This document shows, piece after piece, positions 7,957-17,681 of a stretch of DNA of 64,000 nt. Position 1 is the first letter of the stretch, and each line of letters opens with the position of its first letter. Made by a program: the position numbers and the translations under genes. Origin of the DNA: a virus (Duplodnaviria > Caudoviricetes); the IMG/VR virus record IMGVR_UViG_2934390892_000001, positions 1 through 64,000 of that record. One strand, given 5' to 3'. The notes beneath the pieces were generated by a model. That model had not been told where the DNA came from and searched no databases. It worked only from the letters and a program-made list of their open reading frames with translations.

Positions 7957-8864
7957 TGGGCTTCACGTTCGAGCCTGCGACCAAGGACGAGGCCAAGGCG
8001 CGTATCGCGCTCACCGGCCCGACCGGGTCCGGGAAGACCTACACGGCACTGACCATCGCCGCCGTGCTCGGCCAGAAGGTCGCCGTCATCGACACCGAGC
8101 GCGGGTCGGCCAGCAAGTACGCCGACGAGTTCGCGTTCAGCCGGCTGAACCTGCAGTCGTTCGAGCCGGTCACCCTGTGCCAGGCGCTCGCTGCGGCTTC
8201 GTCGCAGGGGCATGACGTGGTCGTCGTCGACTCGCTGACACATTTCTGGTCAGGCACCGGCGGGATGCTGGAGCAGGTCGACGCCGCCGCCAAGCGCGGT
8301 TATGGCGGTAACTCCTTCGGCGGGTGGAAGGAAGCCCGGCCGCAGGAACGCCAGATGATCGACGCGCTGGTGTCGTATCCGGGCCACGTCATCGTCACCA
8401 TGCGCTCGAAGACGGACTACGTCATCGAGGAGGACCAGCGGGGTCGGAAGGTGCCGCGCAAGGTTGGACTCAAGCCGGAGCAGCGCGAAGGCATCGAGTA
8501 CGAGTTCGACATAGTTGGCGACCTCGACCACGAGAACACGCTCGTCGTCTCCAAGTCGCGTGCCCGCAACATCGCCGGGCGGGTGGTCGCGAAGCCGGAC
8601 GCCGAGTTCGCGCAGGAGATCGCCGCGTGGCTCGGCGACGGCAAGCCCAGCCCCGACGCCCTGCACTTCCGCGACCTGCTGCTCGACCAGTACGCCACCC
8701 TCGACGACGTAGCCGCAGCCGGGACGGACATCCGCAAGCGCGGCCTGTTCGGCGCCCAGGTCATCGACGAGCACGGCGACGCCACACAGCTCGGCGAGTT
8801 GGCCCGCCGCCGCTGGATGGAGTTGTCCAAGCCGAAGTCGGTCGAGGCGGCGGTGACGGCGTGA
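7956..8864 (+). CDS. AAA_24 / Sak4-like ATPase (recombination)
   Basis: Walker A GPTGSGKT, IDTERGS, VVVDSLTH, EYEFD motifs. Confidence 0.88.
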   Translation: MGFTFEPATKDEAKARIALTGPTGSGKTYTALTIAAVLGQKVAVIDTERGSASKYADEFAFSRLNLQSFEPVTLCQALAAASSQGHDVVVVDSLTHFWSGTGGMLEQVDAAAKRGYGGNSFGGWKEARPQERQMIDALVSYPGHVIVTMRSKTDYVIEEDQRGRKVPRKVGLKPEQREGIEYEFDIVGDLDHENTLVVSKSRARNIAGRVVAKPDAEFAQEIAAWLGDGKPSPDALHFRDLLLDQYATLDDVAAAGTDIRKRGLFGAQVIDEHGDATQLGELARRRWMELSKPKSVEAAVTA

Positions 8865-9364
8865 ACGACTTGACCCCGAAGGAAGCGCGACTGGTGTTCG
8901 CGCTGCTGAAGATGCGCGCCTCGCAGATCTCTGCAGCGCTCAAGCAGGTGACGCTGTTCATCGAGCAGGAGCCCGGCGACAAGAACGCGGCCAAGCTGGG
9001 CGCGGCACGGCTCGGCAAGGTCGCGATGACCGAGCCCGAGGTGAAGCCTCAGGTGACGGACCGGGAGAAGTTCGTCGCCTGGGTGCAGGAGACGGCGCCG
9101 ACCGAGGTCGAGCAGGTGCCGACCGTCCGCGCCGCCTACCAGACGAAAGTCCTGGAGACCGTCGCGCGCATGGGCGGCCCGGTGGACGAGCACGGGCAGG
9201 AGATCCCCGGCGTCGCCCTCGGCTACGGGTCGTCGCCGCGACAGTGCTTCTACCCCGACGACGGCGCCGACTCGCTGCTGGCGGTGGTCGAGGAGAAGGA
9301 CCTGCCGGACCTGGGAGACATCGACCTGGCTGGGCTGCTCGGCATCCGCAGGAGCGAGCCGTGA
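8861..9364 (+). CDS. Hypothetical protein (recombination module)
   Basis: GTG start overlapping the ATPase stop. Confidence 0.6.
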   Translation: MNDLTPKEARLVFALLKMRASQISAALKQVTLFIEQEPGDKNAAKLGAARLGKVAMTEPEVKPQVTDREKFVAWVQETAPTEVEQVPTVRAAYQTKVLETVARMGGPVDEHGQEIPGVALGYGSSPRQCFYPDDGADSLLAVVEEKDLPDLGDIDLAGLLGIRRSEP

Positions 9365-9792
9365 CCACCTTCGAGAAGCGCGATGGGGGCTTCCAGTTCC
9401 TCGATGAGGGCGACGTCCTCACTCCGCCGGAGACCGACCAGTTTCTTCGCCTGCTGAACAACGAACTGGCCGCGGCCGGGTTGGCGTATCGCGAGGCGCG
9501 GCGCGTCGAGCTGGACCGGTTCAAGGACTACTCCGACGCCAGAAAGCCTCACGAACTCCACCCGGACTGCCCCGAGGTCGGGCGCGGCGCCGGGCAGGTG
9601 ACCGCGAAGGCGGAGGAAGCCTGGTTCGAGAGGCGCATCCCCGACCCGTACTGGGCGTGGAAGAACGCCGTGCTGGAACGGCAGAACGCCGGCGCCTACA
9701 TGAGCCAGGTCGGCAAGCAGGTCGAGATCATGCGGTCGCTGAACAAGAACGCGACCGACCACTTCGGCACCTACCGGGGCGGTCCGCGATGA
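9361..9792 (+). CDS. Hypothetical protein
   Basis: Coupled ORF. Confidence 0.55.
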   Translation: MTTFEKRDGGFQFLDEGDVLTPPETDQFLRLLNNELAAAGLAYREARRVELDRFKDYSDARKPHELHPDCPEVGRGAGQVTAKAEEAWFERRIPDPYWAWKNAVLERQNAGAYMSQVGKQVEIMRSLNKNATDHFGTYRGGPR

Positions 9793-10553
9793 AGAGCCGC
9801 GTGGAAACCTCGTGCTGCAGCAAGGCGACCTTCGCCTCCGAGGAGGAGGCCCGCCGCTACTGGCGCCGGATGGAGGGCCTGGGCCTGTCGCGGGTGCTGC
9901 CCACGGATGTGGAGCAGTGCATGCGCGGCTGGCACCTCACCTTCCCGGCGAAGGAGCAGAAGCCGCGCAAGCCGTTGAAGCGGAGCGGCGCGAAGAAGCT
10001 GTCACGGCCGAAGAGTGTCCCGTCCGCGGTGAAGCGGATCCTGCTCAAACGGTCGGGCGGCGCCTGCGAGGTCGGACTGGTCTGCGGCGGGCGCGCGGAG
10101 GGCACGGATCCGGCGCACCGTGAGGGCAAAGGGACGGGCGGCACTGACAAGGCGTGGTCGAACCTCGCGTCGAACCTGTTGTGGGCGTGCCGGGCCTGCC
10201 ATGACCTGATCGACAACAAGCAGCCCGCCCGCGCCGAGAAGCTCGGGCTGAAAGTCCGCGCCGGGGTCGCCCGCCCGTGGGAGATCCCCGTCCTTCACGA
10301 GCGTTTCCGCTGGGTGCTTCTGCACAGTAACGGCGGCGTGCGTGTCGCCCCCGCCGGTACTCACCCAGACGGCAAGCGGCCCATCCCGGTCGTGGCGTGC
10401 GCCATGTGGGACCTCATCAACGGCCGCGGTGCGTTAGTCGAGGCGGTGAAGCGGTTCGGACATGCGGACTGCCCGCCCCGGTCGGCTCCCCGTGAGGGCC
10501 TGTTCACCTGCTCGTGCGGCTCGTCGCCCTTCGTCGTCGAGGTGGCGTCTTGA
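9789..10553 (+). CDS. HNH-like endonuclease
   Basis: RSGGACEVGLVC...AHREGKG...SNLLWACRACHDLID. Confidence 0.7.
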   Translation: MKSRVETSCCSKATFASEEEARRYWRRMEGLGLSRVLPTDVEQCMRGWHLTFPAKEQKPRKPLKRSGAKKLSRPKSVPSAVKRILLKRSGGACEVGLVCGGRAEGTDPAHREGKGTGGTDKAWSNLASNLLWACRACHDLIDNKQPARAEKLGLKVRAGVARPWEIPVLHERFRWVLLHSNGGVRVAPAGTHPDGKRPIPVVACAMWDLINGRGALVEAVKRFGHADCPPRSAPREGLFTCSCGSSPFVVEVAS

Positions 10554-10915
10554 GCGTCATCGACATCTGGTGCATCACCTGCGCGGCGGTTCGCCCACAC
10601 GCCGCTAACGAGGACCTGATGGCCTGCACTGGGTGCGGCGAGATCCGCCACGGCCTGGGCGAAGGACTCGCGGTCGCCGCATTCACGGTGGCTGAGTTGC
10701 CGCCCGTGGACGACATGCGGGACTGCCGCTGGTGCAACGAGACGAAACCGGCCGATCACGACTGCCCGGCCGGCGCGGTCGGGTGCACCACCAACCCTCC
10801 TGACGGGCCAACCTGCGGGGCCTGTCCCGCCTGCTATCGCGCACAGGCGCTGGGCCTCGCCGCCGAGTTCAGGCGAGACCCGTACGGCTCGCCGTCCGAC
10901 ATCGACATCCCCTGA
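10550..10915 (+). CDS. Cys-rich zinc-finger protein
   Basis: Several CxxC pairs. Confidence 0.5.
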   Translation: MSVIDIWCITCAAVRPHAANEDLMACTGCGEIRHGLGEGLAVAAFTVAELPPVDDMRDCRWCNETKPADHDCPAGAVGCTTNPPDGPTCGACPACYRAQALGLAAEFRRDPYGSPSDIDIP

Positions 10916-10925
10916 GGAGATCGCC

Positions 10926-11420
10926 ATGACGCACGTAGACGACCTGTACGAGCAGGGAGACGACCGAGAGCCAGCCGAGCCCGCGCAGGAACCGCCGCTC
11001 GACCTGGACGCCATCGAGGACTCCATCCGCACCTACTACGCGGGTAGCGATGACGACAGCGCCAAGGCGGCCGAGGACCTGGCGACGGTTATGTCGAGCC
11101 TGGTCGCTGAGCTTCGTGAGGCCCGCCAGCGGATCGCCGAGTTCGAGGCGCTGCCGACCCGCGAGAACTGGACGGTCACCCCTCGCCGGGACGTCACCCC
11201 CGCCCAGCTTGACCCGCTGATGCGGCGACCTGGCAGCGGAGACGGCGGCGAGGAACGGCTGGCAGTTGTGGCGCCAGCGGTCCTCGGTCCACCCGTGGGA
11301 GCCGATCGCCGACAAGTCCCCGTTCTGATCCTCCCGCCGCCACCTCGCCATTCATCGGGGGTCGAGGTGGCGGCGGATACCCGACAGACCAGCAACCAAG
11401 AGAGGAGGAGGTCGAAGTGA
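10926..11420 (+). CDS. Hypothetical protein
   Basis: GAGGAG SD upstream; LDLDAIE motif common in phage proteins. Confidence 0.5.
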   Translation: MTHVDDLYEQGDDREPAEPAQEPPLDLDAIEDSIRTYYAGSDDDSAKAAEDLATVMSSLVAELREARQRIAEFEALPTRENWTVTPRRDVTPAQLDPLMRRPGSGDGGEERLAVVAPAVLGPPVGADRRQVPVLILPPPPRHSSGVEVAADTRQTSNQERRRSK

Positions 11421-12187
11421 GCGAAATCCAGTTGTTCGACAACGGCGAATTCGAACTCCACATCACTCCGGTCGGCGACTCGTTCAAGATTCAGGCTCCC
11501 GGTCTCGCCCGGTCCCTCGCGTTCCACTCGGCCAAGGACATGCTCCGCACGGTCCCCGGCGACGAGAAAGGGTGGGAGACAGCTCCCACCCTTGGTGGCG
11601 AGCAGGAGATGTGGCACGTCACCGAGGCGGGCTTCTACCGGGTGATGGGTCAGCGTCAGGCGTCGCGGATCAAGAACGAGGCAATCCGCAAGCAGGTAAC
11701 CCGCTTCCAGAAGTGGGTGTTCGCCGAAGTGCTCCCGGCGCTACGTCGCGGCGAGTTGGTAGCACAGCAGCGGCCGGCGATCCCCGAGGACTACGCGGCG
11801 GCCCTGCGGCGCGTCGCAGACGAGGTTGAAGCCCGCGCCCTGGTCGAGAAGGAGCGCGACGAGATGCGCCCCCTCGCGGAGGCGTACTCGCAGTTCATGG
11901 AGTCGGACGGCACCTTCGAGTGGGCCGCCGTCGCGCAGATCCTCACCCGAGTGACGGGCGGACTCGGCCGGAACAACCTGCTGGAACTCCTCCGCGACCT
12001 GAAGGTCCTGAAGGACAACAACACGCCCTACCAGGCCAACTACGAGCCGTACTTCCTGCTCGTCCCCGGCGGCCACGGCGTCAAGACGACCCGCGTCACG
12101 CCGCGCGGCCTGGACTGGCTGCGGCAGCGGCTCGTCAAGCACTTCAACCACCAGCCAGGCCTGTTCGCCATCGGGGAGATCGCATGA
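11417..12187 (+). CDS. Antirepressor (Bro-N plus KilAC/ANT domain)
   Basis: TLGGEQEMWHVTEAGFYR...FQKWVFAEVLPALRR; PEDYAAALR; LGRNNLLELLR; TTRVTPRGLDWL. Confidence 0.88.
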   Translation: MSEIQLFDNGEFELHITPVGDSFKIQAPGLARSLAFHSAKDMLRTVPGDEKGWETAPTLGGEQEMWHVTEAGFYRVMGQRQASRIKNEAIRKQVTRFQKWVFAEVLPALRRGELVAQQRPAIPEDYAAALRRVADEVEARALVEKERDEMRPLAEAYSQFMESDGTFEWAAVAQILTRVTGGLGRNNLLELLRDLKVLKDNNTPYQANYEPYFLLVPGGHGVKTTRVTPRGLDWLRQRLVKHFNHQPGLFAIGEIA

Positions 12188-12627
12188 CTGACAAGCCCAC
12201 CCTCAACGACCTCGCGCCGTACCCGGATTTCCTGAGCCAGGTCACCGCTGAGGGCATCGCCCGTCACAACGCTGTCCTCGCTCTGGAGGAGCACCACCTG
12301 CGGATGAAGCTGAACGGGCTCGTCGATGGCCACGCCTGGAAGGAAGCGCTGCGCGCCTCGCGTACCGGCTGGGCGGTGGCTCTGCTGCTCCGCGCACTGA
12401 TCGAGCACGCCGGAAGCGAGGTGGCCGACGACGTTGCGCGCGCCCTCTGGAAGGACTGGGACGACAGCCAGGACTTCGCTCCCCAACTCGCGCGGTGGGT
12501 GTCTGAGGCCGGTGTCGACCCGGCCGTGCTGGTGGAGATGGCGCAGGACTCCTACGAGCAAGTGCAGAAGCTCAAGACGCTTCGCGTCCCTGGTCAGGGC
12601 GAGCTTCCCCTCGGCGGTGAAGCGTGA
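12184..12627 (+). CDS. Hypothetical protein
   Basis: ATGA-coupled ORF. Confidence 0.55.
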   Translation: MTDKPTLNDLAPYPDFLSQVTAEGIARHNAVLALEEHHLRMKLNGLVDGHAWKEALRASRTGWAVALLLRALIEHAGSEVADDVARALWKDWDDSQDFAPQLARWVSEAGVDPAVLVEMAQDSYEQVQKLKTLRVPGQGELPLGGEA

Positions 12628-12886
12628 GCACCGACTGGCAGTGCCCCTGCGACGAGTGCAGCGGCATCGCCGAACCTCCGACCGACCCTCAGCCGTGCGG
12701 CTTCCCGAACCCTGATGTGGCCGGCGAGTTCTGCGGCGAGCACGAGGACCACGCCGGCGAGCACGGCAACTGGGCTCACCTCGCCGAGGCCCACGCCGAG
12801 ATCCCCTCCCCGTAGACGACCCGCTGCCCGCTCCTGTGCAGGCATGCGTGGCCAACCCGAGTTCCACCTGAACCAAAGGATCAGCA

Positions 12887-13348
12887 ATGGCACAGCCGTA
12901 CGCCTCCCTCCTCGACATCACCGACCACACCCCGCTGCCGCTGACCAACCGGTACGCCGAGTACCTGAAGGAGCGGCTCACCCGCTACGACCAGGACATC
13001 GCCCAGTTCGACCAGAACGAGGCCAACCTGAAAGCGGAACTGGAGGCGTGCCGCGCGCTGCGGTCGGCCCTGGTGGAGACGCGGGAGCGGTACCGCCGCG
13101 ATCTCGGCCCGCACCACACCGCCCCTGCCGTCGAGCAGCCGGTCTGGCCGGTCCAGCCGGAGGACCGCAGCAACACGGCGCAGGAGTGCCCGAAGTGCGG
13201 TCAGCCGATGTACCTGACCGCCCGGTACGGGTTCGTCCACGAGGTCGACGGCCCTTTGTGGGTGGCCGGCGGCCAGTGGTGCGTGCAGGCCACCTCTGTG
13301 GAGGTCACGCACGTGCTGCCCGCCATCGAGAGCGAGCCCGCGTCGTGA
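12887..13348 (+). CDS. Hypothetical coiled-coil / Zn-ribbon protein
   Basis: Coiled coil followed by CPKCG. Confidence 0.55.
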   Translation: MAQPYASLLDITDHTPLPLTNRYAEYLKERLTRYDQDIAQFDQNEANLKAELEACRALRSALVETRERYRRDLGPHHTAPAVEQPVWPVQPEDRSNTAQECPKCGQPMYLTARYGFVHEVDGPLWVAGGQWCVQATSVEVTHVLPAIESEPAS

Positions 13349-13475
13349 CCGAGGTTCTGCGCCGGGCCCGCCGTCTCCTCGGCCTCGCCCCCGCCAACCC
13401 CGCGTACAAGCCGCGCCACGCCAAGCCGGAAGCGGCCTCCCCTGACTACGACACCGAACCGTTGGAGCGTGCCTC

Positions 13476-13880
13476 ATGAGCACCGCTATCACCCCGCCCA
13501 CGCCGGAGAACGTCGCCGAGATGCTGACGTCCGGCGACAACGACTACCACGACGGCAACGACTGGTGGCCGTCCCTGTCCCGTGACGGCAACGTCGTAAA
13601 GATCGGCATCGAGCCGGTCGGCCAGGACTACGAGACGAAGCTTCCCGAGGTCCACTTCCAGGCGGTCGTCGTCGAGGGCGAGGAGACGCCGCTCGTCTTC
13701 GACCGGGCCACGTTCGAGCAGCGGGTCAACGCCCGGTTCGACGATGCGGCCCGGAAGCTCGGCCACGAGTCTCTCGCCTTCATGCCGGCCACGATCGCGG
13801 TGCTTCGGGCGCAGATCCTCGCTCTGGACGTGGACCTCGCTGAGGCCGCTCAGGCAGACCAGAGCGGCGGTGCAGCATGA
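13476..13880 (+). CDS. Hypothetical protein
   Basis: Coupled ORF. Confidence 0.55.
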   Translation: MSTAITPPTPENVAEMLTSGDNDYHDGNDWWPSLSRDGNVVKIGIEPVGQDYETKLPEVHFQAVVVEGEETPLVFDRATFEQRVNARFDDAARKLGHESLAFMPATIAVLRAQILALDVDLAEAAQADQSGGAA

Positions 13881-14293
13881 GCTACGGCCACTTCAGCGAC
13901 GACTGCCACAAGCACCACAGCCTCGTCGTGGACTTCGGCGGACCCGCCCCCACGATCGTCACCTTGTGCGGATCCACCCGCTTCTCCGCCGCCTTCCAGG
14001 AGGCGAACCTGCGCGAGACGTTGGCCGGGCGCGCCGTCCTGTCCATCGGCTGCGACATGCGCTCCGACGCCGACATCTTCGGCGACATGTCGGAGGCGGA
14101 CCTGGAAGGCGTCAAGGCGCGGCTCGACGAACTGCACAAGCGGAAGATCGACATGGCGCACGAGGTGCTCGTCCTCAACGTTGGCGGCTACATCGGCGAG
14201 AGCACCCGATCGGAGATCGAGTACGCCGAGAAGCTCGGCAAGCGGGTCCGCTACCTGGAGCCCCTCGCCGCCGGGACGGAGAGTGCCTCGTGA
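13877..14293 (+). CDS. Nucleoside 2-deoxyribosyltransferase-like (DUF4406-like) protein
   Basis: IVTLCGSTRF...LHKRKIDMAHEVLVLNVGGYIGESTRSEIEYA. Confidence 0.7.
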   Translation: MSYGHFSDDCHKHHSLVVDFGGPAPTIVTLCGSTRFSAAFQEANLRETLAGRAVLSIGCDMRSDADIFGDMSEADLEGVKARLDELHKRKIDMAHEVLVLNVGGYIGESTRSEIEYAEKLGKRVRYLEPLAAGTESAS

Positions 14294-15030
14294 ACCCCGA
14301 GATCGCCGAGCGGTTCGCACGCGAGACCGCCAACCACGAGATGACCGTCCGTCACGACGACGGCCTGTACCGGCACCTGCAGTTCCGTGAGCCCAACAGC
14401 TTCAATTGGTTCGAACTGATCACCGTCCCGCGCGCGCTCATCTACCGGAGCAGCGGCACGAGTCACGTGTTCAGTCGCGAGGACGACATGTTCGCGTTCT
14501 TCCGGGGACCAGTCGGCCGGATCAACCCCGGCTACTGGGCAGAGAAACTCACCTCCGGACGTGACGGGATCAAGAAATACGACCAGGAACTCTTCGAGCA
14601 GCAGGTCAGAGACCACGTCGCTCAGGCCATCCAAGACCGGATCGCGCCTCGGGGGATCAGCCGGGCGATCCGGGAGCTTCTGGAGAACGGCGACATCACC
14701 TACGAGGAGGGCGCCCGGCGCGAGCTGGAAGACTTCGAGTACGGCGCCAAGTACCAGGTGTCCTGCACCTGCGACGCCAAGGACGAGTTCGCCGAGCTGC
14801 ACGACGCCGAAATGTGGGGCTGGCGCCACATCAACGAAGCGAACGCGCAGGTCCGGCATCGCACCACCCACAAGCGGGTGGACGGCTTCCGCTTCTACGA
14901 CCTGTGGGAGTGGGAGTTCAAGGACTACGACTGGTGGTTCCTGTGGGCGCTCCACGGGATTGTCTGGGGGATCAGCCAGTACGACAGCAAGCGCGCTGAG
15001 CTCGTCGCGGCTGGGGCGGTGGCCGGGTGA
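14290..15030 (+). CDS. Conserved phage hypothetical protein
   Basis: HEMTVRHDDGLYRHL...INPGYWAEKL...IVWGISQYD. Confidence 0.65.
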   Translation: MNPEIAERFARETANHEMTVRHDDGLYRHLQFREPNSFNWFELITVPRALIYRSSGTSHVFSREDDMFAFFRGPVGRINPGYWAEKLTSGRDGIKKYDQELFEQQVRDHVAQAIQDRIAPRGISRAIRELLENGDITYEEGARRELEDFEYGAKYQVSCTCDAKDEFAELHDAEMWGWRHINEANAQVRHRTTHKRVDGFRFYDLWEWEFKDYDWWFLWALHGIVWGISQYDSKRAELVAAGAVAG

Positions 15031-15443
15031 TGGCCCTCATCATCGCGGAGGCGCTCCGCCGCACCCTGAGAGACCTCGCGGCGCGAGTCCAGCCGTACAG
15101 GCTGGCCGTCGCTGCCGCAGGGTCCAGCGTGCTCGGCGTCGCGATCCTGGCCTACTTCGGGCTGGGAGCGTTCCTGCTCGGCGCGTCCTGCATGTTCGTC
15201 GGTGCGACGTTCGGCGGGCTGGCCGGCTTCGACCTCGCCCGCTCCCGCTACACGGCATCGCTGGAGCGGTTCGAGCGTGAGGCGGCGCGGCTCTACGCGG
15301 AACTCGACACGCAGGTTGCCACGAACGCCGACCTGCGGGCGCTGGTCGCGAACCACAAAGCGACCGCAGACCTCGCCTCCCAGCGCGCCGAATCCCACCT
15401 GAATGAGCTGAACCGCATCCGCCGGGAGGTGTCCGGTGGCTGA
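15030..15443 (+). CDS. Membrane protein
   Basis: Two hydrophobic helices plus a coiled coil. Confidence 0.55.
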   Translation: MALIIAEALRRTLRDLAARVQPYRLAVAAAGSSVLGVAILAYFGLGAFLLGASCMFVGATFGGLAGFDLARSRYTASLERFEREAARLYAELDTQVATNADLRALVANHKATADLASQRAESHLNELNRIRREVSGG

Positions 15444-15651
15444 CCTCATCCGCGACATCCTCACCGGCATCGGCGCTCTCGTTCTGCTCGCCGCCGCTGC
15501 CCTCTCCGCGCTGGCCTGGCTGGCATGGAGGCGCGACCAGCAGGCCCTTAAGACCGCCCTGCCTCCGCTCGACCTTCCCGCCCTCTCGCCCGAACAGCAC
15601 CAGCGCCTCCGCGATGACCTGGAGGCGTTCGAGAAGGGGGAGACGCCGTGA
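15436..15651 (+). CDS. Small membrane protein
   Basis: One hydrophobic helix. Confidence 0.5.
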   Translation: MADLIRDILTGIGALVLLAAAALSALAWLAWRRDQQALKTALPPLDLPALSPEQHQRLRDDLEAFEKGETP

Positions 15652-16430
15652 CCCCTGAACAGGCCGCGTGGGTCCGCGAGAACGTGTGGACCGACTACAT
15701 GCGGAAGGCGTACGACTGGAGAGGCTGCGCATGCCAGCGGAGCGAGCCGTCTACCTGGTGCACGGCAGACCATCACGCCTGGTGCGACAGCGGGATGCCC
15801 CGCCCGGACTACGAGACGTTGATCCTGGACCGGAACGGGATGTTCCCGGCATGGCTGCCCGAGCCGTTCGAGCACGCCGCGCCGTACCCGTCCGACCGGG
15901 ATGAACATGCCCTTCGGCCGCTCGCGTTCGTCTGGCTCGCGGACCGGGTGTGCGAGACAAAGTGCGCCTGCGACTGCGGGCACCCTGCTGTGGAGCCCAC
16001 GCCGAGGCCCGCGCCAGTGACGCCGCGTCCCGTCTCTAGGCCGGCGCCCATGCCGATGACGGAGGAGGCCGCAGCCTGGGTCCGGGCTAACGCGTGGACC
16101 CCCGCGATGCGCCGACAGCCCTACAGCGTGCCCGGCGTCGGCACAACCTACGATCACGCCCTCGCCGCCTCGCTGTGCGAGTGCATGGCGGGCCTCTGCC
16201 CGGGGTGCCGCGACGGCCGGCACGAGTTCTGCGACCGCAGGAAGATCGCCCCACGCCCCGAGTGGTGGATCACGAACCGTCCGCTCGACTACATCCCGCC
16301 CACCGCCGTCTGGTACGCCGACCGGGCGTGCAGGTCGCTCTGCCCGTGCTGCCCCGACGGGCCGCCGCGCCGTCTGCGCTACGAGACGGTCACCCTTCCC
16401 GGCCTCGACCTGATCTCGGTGGTGGCGTGA
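15648..16430 (+). CDS. Cys-rich protein with an internally duplicated domain
   Basis: AAWVRENVWT...WLADRVC repeated as AAWVRANAWT...WYADRAC. Confidence 0.65.
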   Translation: MTPEQAAWVRENVWTDYMRKAYDWRGCACQRSEPSTWCTADHHAWCDSGMPRPDYETLILDRNGMFPAWLPEPFEHAAPYPSDRDEHALRPLAFVWLADRVCETKCACDCGHPAVEPTPRPAPVTPRPVSRPAPMPMTEEAAAWVRANAWTPAMRRQPYSVPGVGTTYDHALAASLCECMAGLCPGCRDGRHEFCDRRKIAPRPEWWITNRPLDYIPPTAVWYADRACRSLCPCCPDGPPRRLRYETVTLPGLDLISVVA

Positions 16431-16963
16431 TGGCCCCCGATCTCCGCGACTGCTGCCAGCGCTCGCTCCTGGACGGAGAGACGCCAGAGGAGCACTACGA
16501 GCGGTGTGACGCCCGCCGTGAGGCCCCGCGGCCCGGCGCCCTCTCCGCCCCTTGCGCTTGTGGCCACGTCGAGGTCCTCCACGCGATCCGAGGCAACGGC
16601 TCTCGCGGCGCCTGCTCCATCTCGACTGGCGCGAAGGCCGTCCCGTGTGGGTGCAAGTCGTTTGAGCCTGCTCTGGCTGGTCTCTCGCCAGCGCCAGCCG
16701 TACAGGACACCACGGAGGCGTCCGATGCCTCTTGACCTCGCTGACGACCTTGAGCGGATAGCCCGCCACATCCCGCACGTCGAGGCCGCCGCAGCCGACC
16801 TGACCGCTTCACCGTTCGAGCGTGCTGCTGCCGGCGTCGAGCTGGCCGTGTGGCGGATGGCAAAGGAGATCGCCGAACAGGACCGGTCCGCGGCACAGGT
16901 CACCGATCGGCGCCGGACCATTCCGAACGATCTCGAACCCACACGAACGGAGGCGAACCAGTG

Positions 16964-17245
16964 ATGATGCCCAGCTGGACTTGGCAGCGCAGCGCCGCAT
17001 GCCGCGGCGAAGACCTCTACCTGTTCTTCGGGCGGGAGGGAGAGTCGCGGACCCAGCGCGACCAGCGCGAGACGGCGGCGAAGGCGATCTGCGCCCAGTG
17101 CCCCGTCCGCTCCGAGTGCCTCTCGTATGCGCTGTCCACGCCGGAGCGCTACGGATTTTGGGCGGGCCTGGGCGAGGACGAACGCGCCTCTGAGCGTCGC
17201 CGTCGTATGCGCCGCGCCGCTACCGCCGGCGTCTCCGCCGTCTAA
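16964..17245 (+). CDS. whiB: WhiB-family transcription factor
   Basis: WQRSAAC...LFF...AKAICAQCPVRSECLSYAL...GFWAGLGEDER. Confidence 0.93.
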   Translation: MMPSWTWQRSAACRGEDLYLFFGREGESRTQRDQRETAAKAICAQCPVRSECLSYALSTPERYGFWAGLGEDERASERRRRMRRAATAGVSAV

Positions 17246-17265
17246 CAATCCTCAAGGAAACGACC

Positions 17266-17679
17266 ATGAAGCAGAAGAAACCGCAGGAGTACAGCGCGGA
17301 CGAGTTCGACGCCGTGGTGGCGCTCATCGAGGGCGACGCCGACGTACGAACCGACATCGAGGCGATCACCGGCCAGTCCCTGAAGGGCAAGAGCCCGCGG
17401 GAACTGTTCGACCTGTTCCGCGCTCTGGAAGGGGCCGCACAGGCGCAGGCGGTGGTGGTCCGGTACGGGCAGGCGAAGCGGGCGCTACGGCAGACCCGCT
17501 CCGACCTGGCCAGCCCCGCAGAGCTGCCGAAGCCGATCGCCGACTACGTGGCCGACCTCCAGGCGAAGGTCGACGAAGAGAAGCGCCGGCGGCTCCAGGC
17601 TGAAGCCGCCTTGAAGCAGGCAACCCGGCCCGGCTTGGCCGCTGTCCCGTCCACCACTCCCAGGAAGGCGGTGGGCTGA
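17266..17679 (+). CDS. Hypothetical helical protein, directly upstream of the Cas7-like gene
   Basis: AAGGA SD; 2-nt gap to the next gene. Confidence 0.7.
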   Translation: MKQKKPQEYSADEFDAVVALIEGDADVRTDIEAITGQSLKGKSPRELFDLFRALEGAAQAQAVVVRYGQAKRALRQTRSDLASPAELPKPIADYVADLQAKVDEEKRRRLQAEAALKQATRPGLAAVPSTTPRKAVG

Positions 17680-17681
17680 TC

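Noticed and set aside
14925-16778. Long antisense ORFs (also 21561-23258, 48412-50013, 51195-53369)
   Set aside because: Shadow ORFs opposite real genes, expected in high-GC DNA
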